A stretch of DNA of 31,811 nucleotides, taken from the IMG/VR virus record IMGVR_UViG_3300021431_000080, positions 132,460 through 164,270 of that record; one strand, given 5' to 3'. The notes beneath the pieces were generated by a model, which saw nothing but the letters and a program-made list of their open reading frames with translations, had not been told where the DNA came from and did no database searches. Each line of letters begins with the position of its first letter. The stretch's first letter is position 1. This stretch comes from a virus (taxonomy: Duplodnaviria; Heunggongvirae; Uroviricota; Caudoviricetes). Positions 26,601 to 31,811 of this stretch are shown here, piece after piece. The position numbers and the translations under genes were made by a program.

Positions 26601-26941
26601 CATTCCAATGGAATTGGAGTTCGCCGGTGAAGAAGACTGAAGTGGGGTTCGGTGTGGTGATGAAATCCTTGAGTCGCCTGCGGGGACAGGGATCCATTCC
26701 AATGGAATTGCCGAAGCTCGCGGAAGACATGGTCTTGGAGGAAGAAAAGGAACCCTTGTTGTTGGGGACAGCAGGCAATTCCATTGCAATTGAAACTGGG
26801 GGCATCTGACTCAAGTCAAGGAAAAAATCAGCCAATATTGGCTTTGCAAAGTATTGTAAATCAATGAAATAGAAAATGGTGAAATTTTGACTTTTTTGCC
26901 TCAAAAATCGATTTTTTGCAAAAGGGAATTTCAATGGAATT
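26601..26941. repeat. Palindrome block 2 (4 copies)
   Basis: Starts at 26601, 26695, 26777 and 26927. Confidence 0.9.
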
Positions 26942-27137
26942 GTCGGGACGGAGACCGCAGGCACTGCTGTGGTGAAATGTTAAAATCGTGGGAAATGTTA
27001 AAATTTTGGTTGAAAAATTAAAAGATTGAAAATCAATCAGTTGATAATTTTTTCCCTGAGGGGGCAAATCAATAAAAATTGATTTTGAAATGTTAAAATT
27101 TAACATTTGACGTTTAACAAAAAAAGTTTGCAAAAAA

Positions 27138-27169
27138 TTTGGCCAGTTCAAAAATTATTCGTATCTTTG
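27138..27169 (+). promoter_or_regulatory. Cassette promoter 2
   Basis: TTTGGCCAGTTCAAAAATTATTCG-TATCTTTG. Confidence 0.85.
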
Positions 27170-27223
27170 CAATATGAAAAAGAGATAAAGAAACACACAC
27201 AAAACAATAAAACACAATAAGTT

Positions 27224-27505
27224 ATGCAGTTAATTACAATCACATACAACAATAACGAGAGAATTTGCTACAAAAGCAAGTCGAATGTAACACGCGACAC
27301 AATATATTCATTGCCGTGGGTTATGTTTTTGGAATATCCAAAGTTGCTTGACAAAGACGATTGGGCGAAGTGCCACGACAGGATACACGAAAGAATGTTA
27401 CCTTTCGTAAAGTGCATGACATTCGGTCACGTTGACGGAAGAATCAAGGAAGCCAAGTGTGTGGAATGGTTTTCATGGAGAAAGGTGTTTGATAAAATTA
27501 AATGA
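27224..27505 (+). CDS. Hypothetical protein
   Basis: 93 aa, after an AAGTT-ATG leader. Confidence 0.8.
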   Translation: MQLITITYNNNERICYKSKSNVTRDTIYSLPWVMFLEYPKLLDKDDWAKCHDRIHERMLPFVKCMTFGHVDGRIKEAKCVEWFSWRKVFDKIK

Positions 27506-27506
27506 T

Positions 27507-27836
27507 ATGGCACAGAAAGAGGAAAAATACCGCAGGGCTGTAAAGGTAGGCGATGTGTTCAACCTCGTTGAGCAAAAGAACGCTGAAGTTATCGGAATTG
27601 TGGAACACAAAGACGTTAAGAGCGACATATTTGTGTACGGCGACAACAACGAAAACACAAAAGTCGTGGTGTTCGGTTATCCTGACTGCAACAATAGGCA
27701 GAGATACGCTGCAATGCCGCTTGGAAGTTTCCTTTATTCGGCTGTGTTGAAATGGGAAGTCGAGCATGACAAGGTGTTCAGTCCAAATATGCGAGAGAAG
27801 TTTTTCGCTGCAAACGGAATAACTTACAAATTTTAA
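27507..27836 (+). CDS. Hypothetical protein
   Basis: ATG 27507, 1 nt after the previous stop, preferred over 27432. Confidence 0.8.
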   Translation: MAQKEEKYRRAVKVGDVFNLVEQKNAEVIGIVEHKDVKSDIFVYGDNNENTKVVVFGYPDCNNRQRYAAMPLGSFLYSAVLKWEVEHDKVFSPNMREKFFAANGITYKF

Positions 27837-27860
27837 AACACAAACGCCATGAAAATCAAT

Positions 27861-27892
27861 GTCCGATGCCTTTTAAGGTGTCGGACTTTTTT
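27861..27892 (+). terminator. Intrinsic terminator
   Basis: GTCCGATGCC-TTTTAA-GGTGTCGGAC-TTTTTT. Confidence 0.85.
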
Positions 27893-27943
27893 GTTATTGC
27901 GGAGAGAAGTGAACTCCAGAGGAGTCCTGACGGAGGCGGGAGC

Positions 27944-28169
27944 CATTCCAATGGAATTGTCCGACTTCCCGCGATCGGGACTCATCTGAACGAACTCTTG
28001 GTTCAGGAACCAAGGTTCCTCTTTCTTCAGGATCACCATTCCAATGGAATTGTCCATCGACACCGAACAGTTTGTACTTGGAGAACTCTCGACTGCCTTT
28101 TCCGAAATTTTCCAGAAAAATTCCCCAGAAATCCTACAGAAACTTTCTGGGGGAAATTCCATTGGAATT
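27944..28169. repeat. Palindrome block 3 (3 copies)
   Basis: Starts at 27944, 28037 and 28155. Confidence 0.9.
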
Positions 28170-28228
28170 GTTCGGACGCGGTTCACGGGACTCTGCTGGT
28201 AAAAAGTTGAAAAAAAGTTCGCTGAAAA

Positions 28229-28260
28229 TTTGGTCAGTTCAAAAATTATTCGTATCTTTG
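28229..28260 (+). promoter_or_regulatory. Cassette promoter 3
   Basis: TTTG - 20 nt - TATCTTTG. Confidence 0.85.
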
Positions 28261-28322
28261 CATTATCAAAAAAGGAAGAAACAACACACAAACAAAATAA
28301 TAACACATTAAATCAATAAGTT

Positions 28323-28523
28323 ATGGCACTCTTTAAGAATTGGAAAAAAGAAAAACCAGAACCGTTCAAAAGAATTGTCGTTCGTGATGCTAATGGCAAC
28401 AGCGAGGGACACCTTTCAACGCCGCTCATGTTTGACGGAAAGAACGTATGCACGAACTTGGCACACACTATCCATGTGGATAGAAACAACATTGCGGAGT
28501 GGTGCTATCTTCAGGAACTATAA
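28323..28523 (+). CDS. Hypothetical protein
   Basis: 66 aa, after an AAGTT-ATG leader. Confidence 0.75.
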   Translation: MALFKNWKKEKPEPFKRIVVRDANGNSEGHLSTPLMFDGKNVCTNLAHTIHVDRNNIAEWCYLQEL

Positions 28524-28535
28524 AACCAAAACAAT

Positions 28536-28736
28536 ATGGAAACGAAAGTAACATTCAAAGTCGGTGACAAAATAAAGATTGTCAAAATGGACGACAACAA
28601 CGGCAGTGATGTTGAGGCGCGTTTGTACAACGGTCGCGAGGGAACTGTAGAGTACATTGACGACAAAGGTCAACTGCATGGAACTTGGGGAGGGTTGGCA
28701 GTCATCCCCGAAATAGACAAAGTGGAAAAGGTATAA
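28536..28736 (+). CDS. DUF4314-like SH3-fold protein
   Basis: KVGDKIKIVKMDD...GREGTVEYIDDKGQLHGTWGGLAVIPEID resembles the DUF4314 pattern as recalled; not verified. Confidence 0.65.
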   Translation: METKVTFKVGDKIKIVKMDDNNGSDVEARLYNGREGTVEYIDDKGQLHGTWGGLAVIPEIDKVEKV

Positions 28737-28763
28737 AGCCATAATTTTTGTGTTTAGTGTGTG

Positions 28764-28798
28764 GAGCCGCCCCATCAGTTTGAGGCGGTTTCTTTTTT
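28764..28798 (+). terminator. Intrinsic terminator
   Basis: GAGCCGCC...GGCGGTTTC followed by TTTTTT. Confidence 0.8.
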
Positions 28799-28850
28799 GG
28801 TGTGCGGAGAGGAACTCGCCAAGACATCTGCAGGATGCTGCGGCGGGAAC

Positions 28851-29071
28851 AATTCCATTGGAATTTACGTCTCGAACCGCGATGGAGATTTCGGGGTATG
28901 CAAGTTCGGTCACGACACTCGTGAACGAGATGTTCCCAGTAGGGACAGGAAGCAATTCCATTGGAATTTTAGTCTCCTCCTTCCACCGGCGGAGTTGCTC
29001 ACCGAGGTCGGCTACACGAAGTGCAGAGCGAGCAGCATCGATGGAAGAGCTGCGGCAATTCCATTGGAATT
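28851..29071. repeat. Palindrome block 4 (3 copies, 103-bp period)
   Basis: Starts at 28851, 28954 and 29057. Confidence 0.92.
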
Positions 29072-29143
29072 GAAAAGCTTGGCATCTGTGGATTTCTGGG
29101 GGGATTTTTCTGGAAAAATTTTTTGAAATTTTTTTGCAAAAAA

Positions 29144-29175
29144 TTTGGCCAGTTCAAAAAATATTCGTATCTTTG
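29144..29175 (+). promoter_or_regulatory. Cassette promoter 4
   Basis: TTTG - 20 nt - TATCTTTG. Confidence 0.85.
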
Positions 29176-29240
29176 CATTGTAAACAAAAAGGGAGAGATA
29201 CCAGATAACACAAACATTAACAATTAAAAATCAAGCAATT

Positions 29241-29636
29241 ATGGCAAAAGTAATGATTGTCGAAAAGACACAAAAAGGAATTAAGGTCGTTGAAACCAGT
29301 GTACCTTTCGAGGACATTGAGAAATTCATTGACAAGTACATCGCCGAGCATAACGGCGAGGGCGAGAAAAAAGATTGTGGCTGCAAGTTCCACAACGAGT
29401 TCGAGTGCATTATGGCACAAAAGCACACCGAGTTCTACGAACACGGCAAAGCCGATGGTGTCTATGACGACGAGTTCTTTGACGCTCTCGCTGACATGGC
29501 GGAGGAAATGGGCTTTGGTCCAGAGGAAATGGTGGACGGCCTTGTACATATGGCTACCAGCAGCCCGATGAACGCCGCACTCATGGCTACCGCCCTCGTA
29601 ATGGCGAAAGCGAAACATGCCGCCAAAAAAGAGTAA
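29241..29636 (+). CDS. Acidic hypothetical protein
   Basis: 131 aa, between promoter and terminator. Confidence 0.85.
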   Translation: MAKVMIVEKTQKGIKVVETSVPFEDIEKFIDKYIAEHNGEGEKKDCGCKFHNEFECIMAQKHTEFYEHGKADGVYDDEFFDALADMAEEMGFGPEEMVDGLVHMATSSPMNAALMATALVMAKAKHAAKKE

Positions 29637-29660
29637 CAAGTTCCAATTTTGCTCATAGGC

Positions 29661-29698
29661 GAAACCGACACTCAACATTGGGTGTCGGTTTTCGTTTT
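29661..29698 (+). terminator. Intrinsic terminator
   Basis: GAAACCGACACTCAA-CA-TTGGGTGTCGGTTTTC then GTTTT. Confidence 0.8.
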
Positions 29699-29754
29699 CG
29701 TATGCGGACATCACCCAAAGTGAACGAGGAACTCGTCCTGTGGTACAGTCGGAC

Positions 29755-29965
29755 AATTCCATTGGAATGGTCTGGACGGCGAGAACATCCGGATACAGTT
29801 GGTCAGGTTGCTCGACGGACTCATCTGCAGGTTCAGCGGGATGCGTCAATTCCATTGGAATTTGAGTCTCGAACCAAGAAGACTCGGGCTTCCTGCCGCA
29901 ATGTGTTCATCACGAAATCCATAATGGTCATGGAACGCGGCCGCTGTAACAATTCCAATGGAATT
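29755..29965. repeat. Palindrome block 5 (3 copies)
   Basis: Starts at 29755, 29848 and 29951. Confidence 0.92.
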
Positions 29966-30027
29966 GTTCAGACCCGCGAAGGAGATGATGTCGTCAATCT
30001 TCTTGGAAAAATAATTCAAAAAAAATA

Positions 30028-30059
30028 TTTGGATAATTCCTGGAAATTTTGTATCTTTG
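30028..30059 (+). promoter_or_regulatory. Cassette promoter 5
   Basis: TTTG - 20 nt - TATCTTTG. Confidence 0.8.
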
Positions 30060-30134
30060 TATTTAAGAAAAAAGTTAGAGAATAATTTAAGAAATTAAAT
30101 AACAATAAGTTATACAAATAAAACACACAAGGTT

Positions 30135-30383
30135 ATGGTAAAATTCAATAAAGAACTGAACGACTGCGTTTCTTCGGGAGAGGGAATGAAACTCTACCCG
30201 ATAGCAAATGACCCGTACAACGTGGCGGTTGCCTACCATGTTCAGTTGAACAATGCAGGTAAGACCGACACACAGGAACACAAGGAACTCCTAACGCTGT
30301 TGCGGCAGTACTGCTATGGCAGATGTGTACAAAAAGAGATGGCGGACTTCCTTGAAACACAACCGATTGTGATAGCAGGATAA
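30135..30383 (+). CDS. Hypothetical protein
   Basis: 82 aa, after an AAGGTT-ATG leader. Confidence 0.8.
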   Translation: MVKFNKELNDCVSSGEGMKLYPIANDPYNVAVAYHVQLNNAGKTDTQEHKELLTLLRQYCYGRCVQKEMADFLETQPIVIAG

Positions 30384-30405
30384 CCGCCGCGAAACCAAAG
30401 GCATT

Positions 30406-30434
30406 AAAGGTCGGACTTACGTCTGACCTTTTTT
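30406..30434 (+). terminator. Intrinsic terminator
   Basis: AAAGGTCGGAC-TTAC-GTCTGACCTTT-TTT. Confidence 0.85.
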
Positions 30435-30483
30435 CATTCCACCGAATGTGGTGAACAGAGGAACCTGCACTGGCCACTGTAAC

Positions 30484-30702
30484 AATTTCATTGGAATTGT
30501 ATCGATGGTCCCCACCAGGTGATGTCGAGTTCGGTTAGTCTTGTTCTTGGTGAACTATACGACGAAGAGATGAGGAGCCTTTCTTCGAGCTTTCCAATTC
30601 CATTGGAATTTCCGCACGCCGTCTTCTGACCATTTCATCTCGACGGCAGTTGGTGTCCACGAGAGTATCTCGTGATGGAAGTAATTGAATTCCAATGGAA
30701 TT
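30484..30702. repeat. Palindrome block 6 (3 copies)
   Basis: Starts at 30484, 30596 and 30688. Confidence 0.92.
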
Positions 30703-30761
30703 GTTTTGGACGGTTCACGTGACTCATCGAGTTGTCCTGCTGTAAAAAAGTTCGCGGAAAA

Positions 30762-30793
30762 TTTGGACAATTCAAAAATTATTCGTATCTTTG
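30762..30793 (+). promoter_or_regulatory. Cassette promoter 6
   Basis: TTTG - 20 nt - TATCTTTG. Confidence 0.85.
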
Positions 30794-30844
30794 CATTGTC
30801 AAAAGATAAAGGAACAAACACAAACAATTAAACAATAACAAGTT

Positions 30845-31297
30845 ATGGAAACAAAGAAATTAAACGAAACTGAAAAGCAGATTAAAGACCGCATCGTGTC
30901 TTTTATCAACTACTCGTTGGGACAGGACGAAAGCGACGGAACGTATCACGCTTTCTACGGCTTCTATGTCAGCAACTTCAACAAGGTGTGCGACAAGTCC
31001 GACTTGGCTGACAGACTGGCCGAGGAACTGATGCAGGCTTCCAAAGATGTCAAGAACGACTTCATGGACGAGTTCGATGTCTATTCGATTGACGGCACGG
31101 TGCGTGTCTGCGACCATTGTGGAAAGTTCATGTTCGAGGGTTACTACCTCGCAGGCGAGTACGCTTGCAGCGAGGAATGTGCCGTGGAACTCTACCCAGA
31201 CACAATGAGCAGGAAGGAGAGGGAGCAGCAGTTCAAAGACGATTTGCAGTTTGACGAGGACAACTGCACAGGCGAGTGCTACTGGACCGAGTGGTAA
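30845..31297 (+). CDS. Acidic protein with C-terminal zinc finger
   Basis: RVCDHCGK...EYACSEECA...CYWTEW. Confidence 0.85.
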   Translation: METKKLNETEKQIKDRIVSFINYSLGQDESDGTYHAFYGFYVSNFNKVCDKSDLADRLAEELMQASKDVKNDFMDEFDVYSIDGTVRVCDHCGKFMFEGYYLAGEYACSEECAVELYPDTMSRKEREQQFKDDLQFDEDNCTGECYWTEW

Positions 31298-31323
31298 ACT
31301 TTACTTTCATGTCATAATGTGCG

Positions 31324-31361
31324 GAGAGTCCGTCACCTTTCGGTGGCGGGCTTTCTTTTTT
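31324..31361 (+). terminator. Intrinsic terminator
   Basis: GAGAGTCCGTCACC-TTTC-GGTGGCGGGCTTTC-TTTTTT. Confidence 0.85.
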
Positions 31362-31413
31362 GGTTAAAGACCAAGCCTACGACGACTTCGTCGCACAGTC
31401 CCGCGAGCTTCCC

Positions 31414-31735
31414 CATTCCAATGGAATTGTTTGAATCCGCTGAAGAGATGAACCACGGGTTCTTGTGATAAGGCTACCTGATGCGGGACAGCAGTCCCTG
31501 CCTCGTCTGATTCGTAAATTCCATTGGAATGGTTTTCTGGCAAGAAGACCCAAGATTTCCGGTAATCTTTCTCGGAATTTTTCTGGAAAAGTTTCGGTAA
31601 AAAATTAGTAAAAGTTTCTTCGGGATTTTCCGTAAATATATAATAGGTCGGTTTTCGTAAAACAAATCCATGAAATTCAAACGGTTAAGTTCGTAAAAAA
31701 TTCGTAGGGGAGGATTCTGCAATTTCATTGAAATT
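31414..31735. repeat. Palindrome block 7 (3 copies)
   Basis: Starts at 31414, 31517 and 31721 (variant AATTTCATTGAAATT, still a perfect palindrome). Confidence 0.88.
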
Positions 31736-31796
31736 GTTTTCCCCGGAAAACCGGTGGATTACCCGGAAAATTTCCGGAAGATTTTCTTCAAAAATA

Positions 31797-31811
31797 TTTG
31801 GACAGTTCAAA
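31797..31811 (+). promoter_or_regulatory. Start of cassette promoter 7 (cut by window edge)
   Basis: TTTGGACAGTTCAAA is identical to the -33 part of the other cassette promoters. Confidence 0.7.

Noticed and set aside
26200-31728. Long ORFs across the intergenic blocks (e.g. 26200..26964, 27866..28210, 28750..29126, 29678..30085, 31474..31728)
   Set aside because: They cross terminators or promoters, or overlap better-supported genes, and owe their length to GC-rich repeat DNA.
25135-31735. Palindrome blocks as CRISPR arrays
   Set aside because: The repeat is only 15 bp, intervening DNA is 67-189 nt and variable, and the blocks sit between a terminator and the next promoter. This does not fit CRISPR geometry.
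1-31811. Stop-codon recoding (TAG to Gln, as in some Prevotella and crAss-like phages)
   Set aside because: Coding density is high under the standard code, and TAG ends genes cleanly next to the following start (7788, 8651).
1-31811. tRNA, rRNA and structural or replication hallmark genes
   Set aside because: None recognised by eye; tRNAscan-SE and HMM searches would be needed to exclude them formally.

Overview
Most likely an accessory/early region of a large phage infecting Bacteroidota. This is inferred: about 55 short, tightly packed + strand genes, mostly hypothetical, with TTTG-N20-TAnnTTTG promoters. No capsid, terminase or polymerase gene is present to prove it. Standard genetic code fits. 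Left end: C-terminal part of a TnpB-like RuvC/zinc-ribbon nuclease followed 6 nt later by a 4-repeat CRISPR array. The 3' end of the gene carries sequence complementary to the repeat, which suggests a TnpB-to-Cas12 intermediate. Middle: a TrpF-like TIM barrel, an NMN adenylyltransferase, a NadR-like P-loop kinase, a solo TnpB on the - strand that appears to split a gene, and several paralog families (one with 7 copies). From about 24.8 kb the architecture changes. A palindromic/AT-rich site is followed by six cassettes of promoter, A/C-rich leader, 1-2 small genes and terminator. These are separated by non-coding blocks holding 28 copies of a 15-bp palindrome (AATTCCAWTGGAATT), mostly spaced at multiples of about 10.3 bp. 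All function calls come from motifs read by eye; no database search was run.
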